DNA from: an uncultured bacterium
GTDB taxonomy: Bacteria > Patescibacteriota > Patescibacteriia > SG8-24 > DYFX01
Direction: 5' to 3'
Length of the DNA: 64,000 nt
NCBI GenBank assembly: GCA_937900255.1
Contig: CALCDZ010000003.1
Location: 63,149-127,148, forward strand
Part shown: in pieces, positions 39,201 through 47,948 of the stretch
Position numbering within the stretch: the stretch's first letter is position 1
Layout of the letters: the number at the start of each line of letters is the position of its first letter
Notes under the pieces: model-generated
The model's input: the letters and a program-made list of their open reading frames with translations, nothing else
Told to the model about the DNA's origin: nothing
Databases searched by the model: none
Position numbers and translations under genes: made by a program

Positions 39201-42200
39201 GATCGACGACGGCCTGAAGGTCACTGCCGAGAGCCAGCTGAAGCAGTCTCAGGCCGCAGCCGGCTACCCCGGTACGTCGTGCCGCGCGTACCCTTCAGAA
39301 AACGCCCCGTTCCCTTCGACGGTCGCCGACCCTTCCGGTTGGAATCTTCAGGCCGCGAGCATGAACAACGGCAATCCGGTGCTGATCGGCCCTTCTCCGG
39401 CCTTCGCCGCCGCCAACGTCTGCCAACGCCGCCTCGTGAACGGCGTCGAGGTCTCCAGTTGCGAATGCAACTACACGATCGCCAAGTACGGTTCCACCAC
39501 CAAGTATTTCCCGTCAGGCAGTTCCGACATCCCGACGGGCTACTGCGGCTCCGGCGCCTATGAAGGATACGAATGCGACCCGCTGGCCTCCGGTGTCCGC
39601 GCGCCGAGCAACCTGTCCTGCTGCAGCAAGAGCACGAACGGCAACGCGTTCGGCGGCCTCCTGAACGGCGGCACTGGCGGCTGTGACGACGGCGCGCAGT
39701 GCATCCGTCTCTCCAAGGTCGATCGCGTGGTCGGTTATGAAGGCCAGTGCCTCGAACGCGATTTCACGACCCCGGTGAACGGGCTCAACAACGAGTATGC
39801 CTGCTTGACCTGGCGCCCGGTCGGCCTGGTCGGCGGCTCGCGCGACATCTACAACCAGAACCAGACGGCCGGCTACTTCGCCGCGGCCGACCGCCGCTTC
39901 TATTGCGTAGGCAGCCAGCCGGCCTGGTCGCTGGACTTCCACATCAACACGAACGAGGACCGGGACCAGACCGACAATCATGACCTGTACTACCAGTACA
40001 AGGGCGTAGGCCCGTACGACCAGTACACCAACAGCTACTTCGGGCACGGTACCGTCACGAACATCGGGACCCACTCGGCTTCCCAACATCACGATTGCGG
40101 AGATGATACGCCGAACGGCGGTTGGTGCGTCTGGCCGACCGATTCCCGTCTCCAGCTGAAAGAGCAACGGGACGGGAATGGGAACGTGGTCACTTGCACC
40201 GGCAACTCGGATTGCGATACCGGCAACAAGTATTGGTGCAGTTCCCAAGACCCGTACAAGAACACCTGCGTGAAAGGGGACACGGGCAGCGCGTCGCAGG
40301 ATCAGTTCAAGGACTACACGTTCGACAACAATGCCGTGGGCGTCCTCGGCTGCTATGAGATCCGCGCGGGCGGTACGCCTGAGACGAACTACATCGATTA
40401 CCCGTATATCGGCCCCCCGCTCTACCGTCAGCAGCTCCAGAGCATCTACTTCCAGGTGAACCGGAGCATCTATCACAACTTTTCCGATACGGATCTGGCC
40501 GCGGCGACCAACCCGCACCAGCAGGTCAATCAGAACTGCAGCGATGCCGACGACCCGTCCATCGCCAGCAACGCCGACAACGATCATGCCGACCAGAACC
40601 CGACCACCAAGGACGTCACCCGCTTGAAGTTCAAGAACGGACAGCCTGAGCGCAAGGACGGCCTCCTGATCCCGGCGAACAATGCCGATCACGGGCTGAA
40701 CATCTACTACCTGGACGAGAGCAACGGCTTCAAGGTCGATGCCTCAAGCGGCAACGGCATCCTGCTGTTCACCGGCAACTTCGACTCGAACGGGAAGCTT
40801 TCCTCGATCCGCATCGGCGCGGCCAACCCCAACGGGCACGGCGGGTCCGACGACGACCGCCACGTCTCCTTCGGCATCCATGCCATGGGCTTCGTCTTCA
40901 AGCCCGGCTGTTCCGAGATCGCCCAGGTGGACCAGGACGGGGAGTTCGGCGCCACCCAGGCCTTCACGAACGCCATCAATCCGGCACGCAATTTCAATCC
41001 GTCCGCCGGAGGCGGGCTGCATGCCGACGTGCTCGTGAACGGGGACCCCAACCCGGCCGCCAACAGCATGCTGGCCGACTACACGAACGCCTGCACGCCC
41101 TTCGGCGCCATCGGGTCGATCTCCCAGCCGCCGCCGGCGACGCCATGGACCTACGTGACATCGCGCTTGTCCAACGACGTCAACCAGTGCACCGTCTCGG
41201 ATTTCACCAAGGGTAACACGTACGAACCTCAAGCGCCGGAAACGCTCGCCGCCAATCCGCCCGTGGACTCTTCCGGGGTGCAGCTGGTCCCGCCTTCTTC
41301 CTGGGCGTCGAGCAGCTTGCGCAACCTCTTCCGCAAGATCTACGACGTCTGGTCGTACCAGCCGCTCGACCTCGAAGCGCGCGGAGGCACGTATCAGCGC
41401 GTCGCGGCCAACAACCCGACCGGCGACCCGGCGGGGAAGGGGGCGTATGACGAGACCGGGCAAGTCGACCCGAACGGCCTGGCGTTCCGCACCGGACTCG
41501 GAAGCTACCTTTCCAACCTGGCTTGGAACGCGCCGAGGATCGCCGCCGTCGACGTCAACGCCTGCGACGGCAACGGCCGCTGCAAGGCCGGCAAGCTGGA
41601 CAGCCTGACCGTCAACGGGCGGGACAGGGGGGTCATCATCGGGGCGGATGGGGCGATGTCCGTGACGGCCAAGTTCTTCGCCTGGGCCTCGCATAACTCG
41701 ATGCCGATCGTGAAGCGCGCCGTGCTCTGGGGAGACTTGGCGTCGGCCGAACCGCCCGCCAAGGGCTGGTATAAGAACCAGAAGCCCGTCTGCTCACCGG
41801 ACGTCTCCGACGCGAACGCCGTCGGCGAATGCGCCAACACTCCGGGACTCACCTGCGGCGCGGATGGCGATTGCCCGAACGGGGATCGCTGCGTCAAGGG
41901 CGCCAACAACTTCGGGAATACGCCCGGCGCCTGCAATGCCGCCCCGTACCGGTTCGACCATGTCTACACCTGCTCCTTGGGCGACCTGCAGTCCATGCCG
42001 CTTTGCACGGGTTCGTCCGAGTCGGCGGATAACGCCCCTTGTTACCGGCTCGTCAATGCGGCACCGGTCTGCGTCTACCGTCCGAAGGTCCAGATCACGG
42101 ACAACTGGGGTTGGTGCAACTGCACCGGTTCCGGCTGCAAGGCCTCCGGCGGCGCGTATCAGGACGGATGCGGCGTGAGCGCCCCTCCCTCCGACGCGAA

Positions 42201-42273
42201 GCCGTGGAGCGAATACGCCGGAGAGATCCGCCTCAGCCCGTCCATCAAGGACGCCCAGGCCTTCCACCCATGA
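33274..42273 (+). CDS. Giant (2999 aa) secreted Cys-rich protein with three CBM4/9-like domains; putative T4SS-associated adhesin
   Basis: Signal peptide ending AQA; very many Cys; NAVPNGGFE, NLVRDPSFE and ADFESG starts paired with WFDDV, LVDAVQL and YLDNIEL ends; 7 bp upstream of the VirB6-like gene. Confidence 0.8.
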   Translation: MRERPSGRKTRSLAAPLLAILVATGVFGSGIVAPSPAQAQLIVSDPGATAAGTVSAAANTTTASAQVKQSAWDVLKIALTNTAELAILNGANYFAQKVAYDTANYVASGGNGQTPFFHTEGVLDYLGSTAKDAAADVLGTLSKDPNTFGKYGFNLCAPSDPHVSLIIKTGFLNGLPGLLGGSTGGPKPSCSWDTISRNWDQFSHLDSDTVLNNVGVMFTPGQSSLSAAIQVNNAALAEISKKQEAAVNDFVANNGFISKVSKIGGKVLTPADTIKTQLNLSLENGWKQGDQTVAISNGAFGNAAFGILPAALHTFTNTLAESMMKKVFDRGLITLNDILGNNKGDTALTFDGGSSPGGRASAELSNASLLTPKILSITNYNALTDFAACPAGSQRGPDNCVMDGQFFTAVNRASQGSPLTVRQAVAQGLLKANWPLLPLAHGKNHESTCYNEAFCYSNLVKLRKASVLPIGWELAANSPFNDVSRPITLAEAMNRFDDCPTKPDGSVDASKLPDPLHPWCHLIDPEWVLKYPVQICRQQAPGPTLVSSESPARALTCVDQATCIAQDAAGNCVGGYGYCVREKNVWNLDADACPAAYASCTTFRRADGASASYLSTTLDSGSCNGQNAGCRQYSQSQNAVPNGGFEDLLDGKARDWTLSPGARLSRSGLLAERGLDAVGLANGAVASVVIPSLQPSSPYVLSASVLQEFEASAPVGTVTLKLFRADGSPVSATDLKTTCTYRQGDPSVSLDISATHLGYLSGSCSITLPNDAASGKIELSSTTAQSGNRAWFDDVGLYGASFSASPYDSLLLNGKVQKCASDQAGCTDLVRMSTGTLNLVRDPSFETPDSSGNPKYWSVPTPGTYEKGTFKGFDGVSAMRLDANGVSQDVTGVLASASYVFSAYTKLGGAVSGNPRALVQLYDTSTPPAPVAPTSVTGCQVSGTGIRLDLAAGSDYRRAACAFTTPTDVGYARVTLIADNGSSALVDAVQLELSVEPTGYHEAYPSTAQHVYLKTMPEGLDCAGPDRAPECANYAPSCRREEVGCDSYKPDDGGIAIPAVTTAGDACPTECVGYDTFKEEPSNFNDPRFPLFLVPSTAQSCSAAEAGCSEFTNVQKLANGGESREDFSYLRLCAKPDQNAGTFYTWEGNDSKGYQLRTWTLLKSRIASSPVGGSDPTGGNAPCTKLAYDNAGRPACADDAASVAAASCLKSDLLANPDCREFYDAAGDIHYRLYSKTVVVSDACTEYRITKSTETECGAHGGSWRNQECHYFAYAPESQSCRAAAVGCRAYSGNASRNVRVALAADFESGTTGGWVSAPGGGATTDVANSNESVAAGGHSLKVSRATVTKDVSSIVKKGKSYLLTFWAKGTGDLTIAFSSAGDRAFTFNRVTGQPAPVALGTEWKPYQVGPVSAVNAAAFSAAGAAGNEQLTVSRSGSGSPLFYLDNIELREVTDDLYLIRDSWQTPASCDRTPSGDSSPQYMLGCRGYRDRSSRSVALKSFDRICRPEAVGCEAMYDTRHTASPFPQTFGAVCSLGAACAPSAGAVTCPCKIAGQTVCEAASGASTCRYDIDDSVPASRVSPSGDTVRIPADGVTYLVNDARYACTSDNVGCTMMGDKTLNRERTAVQGWKTVYFKNDPATYADTLCRKTEEYCQAYTRGADGSSAYFKDPELRTCEFKENVAGYSGWFKTGTSDPCYADYLQAGTQYGIWKNSDAPYAAWAGQCEPQYDQCKEFVDPQDTSTLHPNGQPYYAIKNARLDSSSCQNRASLTKSPSGADSASACVLFWQTDDLLKTFDAAATYQASDAQRGGLVSAVSSDRNDANVVLKVARDRQCGEWLDCRSSETVFNQTSGQYQNVCTSFGLCAQYERVGNTTRCVRYVDSAYTGQTLSTKIYQARDTGWKGLEYTSYAIPNQYPVNELVTMDVSSGTRSSKPDLRLVRVRGACAGAYGSACGPSDDPGTCLGPSNARKCVYPIDDGLKVTAESQLKQSQAAAGYPGTSCRAYPSENAPFPSTVADPSGWNLQAASMNNGNPVLIGPSPAFAAANVCQRRLVNGVEVSSCECNYTIAKYGSTTKYFPSGSSDIPTGYCGSGAYEGYECDPLASGVRAPSNLSCCSKSTNGNAFGGLLNGGTGGCDDGAQCIRLSKVDRVVGYEGQCLERDFTTPVNGLNNEYACLTWRPVGLVGGSRDIYNQNQTAGYFAAADRRFYCVGSQPAWSLDFHINTNEDRDQTDNHDLYYQYKGVGPYDQYTNSYFGHGTVTNIGTHSASQHHDCGDDTPNGGWCVWPTDSRLQLKEQRDGNGNVVTCTGNSDCDTGNKYWCSSQDPYKNTCVKGDTGSASQDQFKDYTFDNNAVGVLGCYEIRAGGTPETNYIDYPYIGPPLYRQQLQSIYFQVNRSIYHNFSDTDLAAATNPHQQVNQNCSDADDPSIASNADNDHADQNPTTKDVTRLKFKNGQPERKDGLLIPANNADHGLNIYYLDESNGFKVDASSGNGILLFTGNFDSNGKLSSIRIGAANPNGHGGSDDDRHVSFGIHAMGFVFKPGCSEIAQVDQDGEFGATQAFTNAINPARNFNPSAGGGLHADVLVNGDPNPAANSMLADYTNACTPFGAIGSISQPPPATPWTYVTSRLSNDVNQCTVSDFTKGNTYEPQAPETLAANPPVDSSGVQLVPPSSWASSSLRNLFRKIYDVWSYQPLDLEARGGTYQRVAANNPTGDPAGKGAYDETGQVDPNGLAFRTGLGSYLSNLAWNAPRIAAVDVNACDGNGRCKAGKLDSLTVNGRDRGVIIGADGAMSVTAKFFAWASHNSMPIVKRAVLWGDLASAEPPAKGWYKNQKPVCSPDVSDANAVGECANTPGLTCGADGDCPNGDRCVKGANNFGNTPGACNAAPYRFDHVYTCSLGDLQSMPLCTGSSESADNAPCYRLVNAAPVCVYRPKVQITDNWGWCNCTGSGCKASGGAYQDGCGVSAPPSDAKPWSEYAGEIRLSPSIKDAQAFHP

Positions 42274-42280
42274 CCCACCT

Positions 42281-44956
42281 ATGAAGACGCTCAGCCGCCT
42301 CATCGACACGATCAAGACGCGCTTGTCCGGGAAACATGCCCTTCCCCGCGTCTTGGGGCTGCTCGCGATCGGCCTGATCGTCTTCGTCCTGCCTGAAGCG
42401 GCGCATGCCTGCGGCACGTTCGACGTCGGATGCTACGTCGGACAGGCGATCATCAAGATCTTCGAGCTGTTGGCGGCGCTGATGGGGTACCTGCTGGTCC
42501 TCGAAGTCTCGGCCCTCATCAGCGTGGCGCAATACGCCAACTTCGTCTCTCCGGGCCCGACGGTGGTGCAGATCGGCTGGGTCGTCACCCGGGACCTGGC
42601 CAACATGTTCTTCATCGTCTTCATGCTCGTCATCGCCTTCTCGACCGTCATCGGCGGGCCGGCGGAGAAGTATTCCTACCGCAGCAACCTCCAGAAGCTC
42701 CTGGTCATGGCAGTCGTCATCAACTTCTCGAAGACGATCGTCGGGCTGCTCATCGACATGAGCCAGGTGCTGATGCTGACCTTCGTGAACGGCTTCAAGG
42801 ATGCGGCGGCCGGAAACTTCCTTTCGGCCTTCCAGATCCAGAAGCTGCTCGAGCTCTCGGACGGCACGAACGGCATCGACTTCGGACTGGTGCTGGCGAT
42901 GATGCTGGCGTTCATCCTGGCCGCCATCGCCGCCTGCGTCGTGCTCATCATGCTGGTCATGATGACGTTCCGTATCGTCATGCTCTGGATCCTGATCATC
43001 TTTTCTCCCATCGCGTTCCTCACGAGCGCTTTCCCGATGGGATCCGGGTTCACCGGGAGGTGGTGGGGGATGCTCAAGCAGTACCTGGTGAGCGGACCGA
43101 TCATCGCGTTCTTCCTGTGGCTGGCGCTCGCGAGCGCGCAGCGGAGTCCGGATGGCCTGGCCAACGAGAAGTACCAGAACGGGGGAGGATTCGCCCAGCC
43201 TTCATCCGCTGCCGGAGCCGAAGCGTCGGCGGCCGGGAACTTCCAGGGTTACGCCATCCCTTCGAGGGCCGGGCGTGCCGACACTATCCTGAGCCTCGTG
43301 ATCATGACCTGCATCATGTTCGCCGGGTTGAAGTTCGCGGCGGAAGACACGAAGGTCATCGGATCGGGCTTCGCGAAGCAGGTCAAGGGACGGGTCGAAG
43401 GCGCGTTGAACACGATCGCCCGCGCGCCTGATCGTTTCGCCAGGGATCAGGTCAGCGGCGCCTTCAGGAGCGTCGGCGGTTCGACCATGAAGGGTATCGG
43501 TACCGGTTTGGCACGCGTGCCGCTTCTCGGTGGGGTCGGTCGCCGCCTCGCCGCCAGGGGCGAGCAGCTCGCGGAAGGCCGCCGCGCGGAACTCGAAAAG
43601 CGTTGGGTCGGTTCCGCCAAGGACCTGGCGAAGTACAATCCTGGTGAATTCGGTTCCAAGATGCGCGTCGGTTTCGCCACCGCCGGACAGATCAAGGAAA
43701 CGGCCGAAGCCGCCCTTGCCAACCCGAAGGCCATGGAGGCGCTCAAGAAGTCGGGCGGCGCCGAAATCGTGCGCGATCGTCTCAAGGCAGCCTCTGAAAA
43801 GGATCCGGCCCAGAAGGGCGCGTACGACAATTTCATGAAGGCCAATTGGGATCTCGCGAAGGACGCCAAGGAGAAGAACGCGATCCTGGGGAAGTTCAGC
43901 GGGGAAGAGGCGCGGAAGTACATGAGCGCGCCCCAGATGACGGAAGAGCACGTCTCCCAGTTCGGCAAGAACACCTTGACCGACATCCTCGCGAACGGCA
44001 AGGGCGAACAGCAGGCTGCGGTCCTTGGGGCCTTCAGCGCCAAGAACGCCAGCGGCGAACTCGGCAAGTTCATGAAGGAGAGGCGCATGACCTATGCCGA
44101 CATCCCGGCCGAGGCATACGCGCAGGCCGGCGCGTCCGGCAAGTCCTTGAAGCTGAGCGCGCTGGAAGCGGCGGAAAAGGATCCCGCGCTGATGAGGAGA
44201 TTCACCGAGGACGCGAAAATGCGCGACCAGCTGGCGCCGGTGGCCAGGGACAATTTCGCGGCCGCCGTGACCGACATCGAGAAGGCGCAGAAGCTCGCCA
44301 TCCTCTCCCAACTGGGCGGCGCCACGGCTGCGGACTTCGGTTCGCCGCCGGCCGGCAGCCCGCCCGGGACCCCGAGCGACATCGAGGTCGGCATCGGCCA
44401 GCTGTCAGCCAAGGCGCTCAATGACTTGGAACGGAGCACGCCGACCGACAACCCTGCCGCGCAGGCCGGTCTCGCGAAGATCCTGGAGGCCGCCGTCAAG
44501 AACGGCAGCACCGACCTGGTGCAAGCCATCCAACGCAGCCCGAACCTGTCCACGTACGTGCCGCTCACCGTCGCCCGCGAGGCGGAGAAATCGACCGGCG
44601 GCTACAGCGCCAGCGTCAACAGCGCCGCGAACACGAAGCTCGCCGAACTTGATCGTCGCAGGAGGGATGCGGCCAGCAGTACGGATCCGGGCGTGAAGAG
44701 CGCGGCCTTGGGAATAGCCGATGACATCGAGCAGATCCGCGAAGCGATGGATGGGGCCAAGAAAGCGGCCAGGGAATTGGCGGCCGTCGAAAAGAACATC
44801 GCCACGCTCAGGGAAAACTTCGCGGACCATCAGAAGGGGGGCAGGGCGGATGACATGGCCAAGGTCGCCGCTGAGATCAAGACCGCGCTCAAGGAGGCTT
44901 TCGAGAAGAAAGAGAAGCTCGCGAAGGCCAACGATAGGCTCAAAGAGGTGAGTTAA
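42281..44956 (+). CDS. VirB6/TrbL-like polytopic membrane protein with long C-terminal extension
   Basis: GWVVTRDLANMFFIV, LLVMAVVINFS, RIVMLWILIIFSPIAF, WW..L..Y..GPIIAFFLWL. Confidence 0.78.
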   Translation: MKTLSRLIDTIKTRLSGKHALPRVLGLLAIGLIVFVLPEAAHACGTFDVGCYVGQAIIKIFELLAALMGYLLVLEVSALISVAQYANFVSPGPTVVQIGWVVTRDLANMFFIVFMLVIAFSTVIGGPAEKYSYRSNLQKLLVMAVVINFSKTIVGLLIDMSQVLMLTFVNGFKDAAAGNFLSAFQIQKLLELSDGTNGIDFGLVLAMMLAFILAAIAACVVLIMLVMMTFRIVMLWILIIFSPIAFLTSAFPMGSGFTGRWWGMLKQYLVSGPIIAFFLWLALASAQRSPDGLANEKYQNGGGFAQPSSAAGAEASAAGNFQGYAIPSRAGRADTILSLVIMTCIMFAGLKFAAEDTKVIGSGFAKQVKGRVEGALNTIARAPDRFARDQVSGAFRSVGGSTMKGIGTGLARVPLLGGVGRRLAARGEQLAEGRRAELEKRWVGSAKDLAKYNPGEFGSKMRVGFATAGQIKETAEAALANPKAMEALKKSGGAEIVRDRLKAASEKDPAQKGAYDNFMKANWDLAKDAKEKNAILGKFSGEEARKYMSAPQMTEEHVSQFGKNTLTDILANGKGEQQAAVLGAFSAKNASGELGKFMKERRMTYADIPAEAYAQAGASGKSLKLSALEAAEKDPALMRRFTEDAKMRDQLAPVARDNFAAAVTDIEKAQKLAILSQLGGATAADFGSPPAGSPPGTPSDIEVGIGQLSAKALNDLERSTPTDNPAAQAGLAKILEAAVKNGSTDLVQAIQRSPNLSTYVPLTVAREAEKSTGGYSASVNSAANTKLAELDRRRRDAASSTDPGVKSAALGIADDIEQIREAMDGAKKAARELAAVEKNIATLRENFADHQKGGRADDMAKVAAEIKTALKEAFEKKEKLAKANDRLKEVS

Positions 44957-44974
44957 CGACTTCGGGACCGTCGT

Positions 44975-46783
44975 ATGGATCTCCTCCAGAAAATCCGAAA
45001 GCTTCCGGAGCCGGTCCAGGACTATCTGTATTCCGAGTCCTTGCTGCACGGGAATGGGCAGGTCATCGAACGGAACGCCCTCGATTTTGAGGGCCAAAAA
45101 ACCTTCCTCCGCCTCCTCCAGCGTGTCTTCGCCCGCGAGGTGCCGATGTCGGATCTTGAAAAAGAAGCATCCGCGCTCGTCGGAGGAGACGAAGGTAAAA
45201 GCAAGGCGTTGGCGCGCGATATCGCGGGCTACTGCCTCCTGCCGCTCGACCGCTGGCTCGGCGATGTTTCAGGTTATGTCCGTCGTCTCGGCGGGGACGT
45301 CTCGAGCTATCCGGCCGAGCGCATCCAGATGGTCGAGCGCACGCGCGACGAGGCGGCGTCCGAGGTCGTCAGTTCTTCCGACGGCGCGGCCGAAGCGACG
45401 GCGCGCGCCCGCGAGAGGATGCGGGACGTGGTCACGTCCTTCTTGGCAGGCATCCGCACGGAAGAGCAGGCGCTCGAGGTCCTGACGCGGTCCGACAAGA
45501 TCGGCGGCGTCGGGCTCGACCCGTCCGCCGCCCGGTCAGTGATCGATCATGCCAAGGAGGAACAGCGCACGGTCGTCATCAAGGAAGCGCCGGCCGTCGG
45601 CGCCCCGCCTGCGGCCGCTCCGCAAGCGCCATCCGCCCCCGCGCCGAAGCCGAAGGAGGACTTCGTCATGATCGCGCCGGAAGACGAGGAGGAGATCGCT
45701 CTGTTGAAGGAAAAGGCATCGTCGGCCAAAGGTACGCAGCAGGCAGACGAGACTGCGCGGCGCATTCAAGCCTCGATCGATCGCATCTACCTCGATTCCG
45801 GCCTCGCGACCGACGACGAGGATTTCTCGAAGCGCGTCAAGACGGTCATCGGCAACCGCCTCCGCGACGTGCGCGATCAGATGGAGACGCTTGAGACGAT
45901 GGTGCAGCCGAAGGAACTCGGCGGGCTCGGTCTCGGCCAGGAATCGGCGCGGCGCCTCCTTGGCATCATCCAGGGCAGCCTTCAGGAGGTCCATGAAGCG
46001 CATGCCGAGCGGATCGAAGGGGAAAAAGCCGCTTGGGTGGAGAAGGAACGCCGCAAGGCGGCCGAGGCACCCGCCCAGGAAGCGGCCGCTCAGGAATCGG
46101 ACCTGGAGCGCCTGTATCGCAGCATCGTCGCGAAATCGAAAAAAGCCACCAAAATGGCCGCCGTTGCCGCGCCCGTCGCAGCGCCGACCCCGGCGATGGC
46201 TGCGGCGCCCGCTTCGAAATTCCCGAGTCCTCCGTCGAACCTGCCGGTTTCCGACGTCCATATCATTCCACCGCACTTGCGCGCGCCCGTGACCATCCCG
46301 CTCCCGGAGGTCGAGATCGCCCCCGTTCGGACGTTCATGCCGCAGCCGCCGCTGACCCTCGTCAAGCCCGTGCCCGGCGCTCCCGCCCCCATGCCGGCCT
46401 TTTCGGTCGTGCCTGGGCAGCCGAACCGCCCCCGCATGGAAGACGTCAAGGCCGCTCCGAAGCTGACCGGACCGGTCGAGGAGCTTCGGGCCATCACCGT
46501 CGTCGATTTCCGCCGGCTCTCCAAGGACCCGAAGGAGGCCTGCATGAAAGTGAAGGACAAGATCGATCTTTTGGCCGAGCAGTCCTATACCCGAAGGACC
46601 GAAGGTCTCAAGGCCTGGTCGGCTTCCGAGGTCGTCCGTACCTATCTGGAACTCATGCGCGAGGGCCTGAACGGAATGCCGTTCAAGGAGGCGGTCGCGG
46701 CCCGCGAGGCGGCCAAGAGGCCGTTCCTGACCGCGGAGGAGTTCCAGGCGATCGGGGAGCTGAGCAGACAACTGCGATATTAA
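44975..46783 (+). CDS. Hypothetical cytoplasmic protein of the T4SS-like locus with an internal repeat
   Basis: Two GG(V/L)GL-containing helical repeats, Pro-rich linker, C-terminal GPVEEL...DFRRL domain. Confidence 0.75.
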   Translation: MDLLQKIRKLPEPVQDYLYSESLLHGNGQVIERNALDFEGQKTFLRLLQRVFAREVPMSDLEKEASALVGGDEGKSKALARDIAGYCLLPLDRWLGDVSGYVRRLGGDVSSYPAERIQMVERTRDEAASEVVSSSDGAAEATARARERMRDVVTSFLAGIRTEEQALEVLTRSDKIGGVGLDPSAARSVIDHAKEEQRTVVIKEAPAVGAPPAAAPQAPSAPAPKPKEDFVMIAPEDEEEIALLKEKASSAKGTQQADETARRIQASIDRIYLDSGLATDDEDFSKRVKTVIGNRLRDVRDQMETLETMVQPKELGGLGLGQESARRLLGIIQGSLQEVHEAHAERIEGEKAAWVEKERRKAAEAPAQEAAAQESDLERLYRSIVAKSKKATKMAAVAAPVAAPTPAMAAAPASKFPSPPSNLPVSDVHIIPPHLRAPVTIPLPEVEIAPVRTFMPQPPLTLVKPVPGAPAPMPAFSVVPGQPNRPRMEDVKAAPKLTGPVEELRAITVVDFRRLSKDPKEACMKVKDKIDLLAEQSYTRRTEGLKAWSASEVVRTYLELMREGLNGMPFKEAVAAREAAKRPFLTAEEFQAIGELSRQLRY

Positions 46784-46799
46784 ATGGTAGGATGAGGCC

Positions 46800-47228
46800 A
46801 TGGCCCAGTTCGTCGTCCCGCAATTCATCGACGTTGAAGACAAGATCATCGGACAGGTGACGGTCCGCCAGTTCGGCATCATGATGGTCGATGCGCTCGT
46901 CTGCGTCATCGTCTACAAGCTCCTGAGCCTGGCCGTCGCGATCGCCATCGACGTGGCGCTGCTCGCGGCCGGGCTGACGCTCGCCTTCGCGCGCGTCAAC
47001 GGGCAGCCGTTCCACTTTTTCCTCCTGAACGTGCTTCAGACCTGGCGTCGGCCGATGATCCGCGTCTGGAACAAGGAACTTTCCGACGCGGAGATCATCG
47101 CCCTTTCGAAGGTCGAACCCCCGCCCCCGGCCCCGCGCCGCGTCTATAAGGAAGCGCCGACCACCTCTCGGCTCTCCGAGCTGGCGCTCATGGTCAATAC
47201 CGGCGGCGTCTACAATCCCGAGGAATAG
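46800..47228 (+). CDS. PrgI family protein (VirB3-like)
   Basis: QFVVPQFIDVEDKIIGQVTVRQF, 2 TM, NGQPF. Confidence 0.88.
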   Translation: MAQFVVPQFIDVEDKIIGQVTVRQFGIMMVDALVCVIVYKLLSLAVAIAIDVALLAAGLTLAFARVNGQPFHFFLLNVLQTWRRPMIRVWNKELSDAEIIALSKVEPPPPAPRRVYKEAPTTSRLSELALMVNTGGVYNPEE

Positions 47229-47247
47229 GGAATTCCAGGAGGAAGCT

Positions 47248-47946
47248 ATGGCGAATGAGCAGCTGATGCAAAGCAAGAAGCTCGCCGGGTCGAAACCCCA
47301 GGTCTCGACCCAGCAGTTCTTGGATATCGCCGAAATCCGGGAGGACGTGGTCGTCATGAAGGACGGCACGATGCGGGCGGTGCTGCTGGTCTCGAGCATC
47401 AACTTCTCGCTGAAGTCCGAGGACGAGCAGGAAGCGATCATCCAGGGCTACATCTCCTTCCTGAACTCGCTCGATTCCCCGGTGCAGATCCTCATCCAGT
47501 CGCGCAAGCTCGACATCGACGACTACCTGAACCGCCTCAAGGAGCACGAAAAGACCCAGTCCAACGACCTCCTGCGGAACCAGATCGTCGATTACCGGCA
47601 GTTCGTGAAGGAGCTGGTCGAGCTCGGGGAGATCATGCAGAAGAAGTTCTTCGTGATCGTGCCCTACAACCCGGCCTCGTCCAAGCGCAAGGGCTTCTTC
47701 GCCCGGATGGGAGAGGTGCTCTCGCCGCTCGTCTCGGCCCGCCTCCGGGAAGAGCAGTTCCGCCAGCGCAAGAAGGACCTCATGGTCAAGGTGGATTCCG
47801 TCAGGGCCGGATTGAACTCGATGAGCCTGATGAGCGCGACGCTCGACACCCAAAGCCTGATCGAGCTTTACTACACGGCCTATAACCCCCAGTCGATGCA
47901 GTCGCAGAAACTGGAGAAGGTCGACAACGTGCGACTTGAACCGTAG
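47248..47946 (+). CDS. VirB4-associated protein (TraC/TraE N-terminal-like)
   Basis: STQQFLDIAEIREDVVVMKDG, SINFSLKSEDEQEAII, FLNSLD.PVQILIQSR. Confidence 0.8.
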   Translation: MANEQLMQSKKLAGSKPQVSTQQFLDIAEIREDVVVMKDGTMRAVLLVSSINFSLKSEDEQEAIIQGYISFLNSLDSPVQILIQSRKLDIDDYLNRLKEHEKTQSNDLLRNQIVDYRQFVKELVELGEIMQKKFFVIVPYNPASSKRKGFFARMGEVLSPLVSARLREEQFRQRKKDLMVKVDSVRAGLNSMSLMSATLDTQSLIELYYTAYNPQSMQSQKLEKVDNVRLEP

Positions 47947-47948
47947 AC

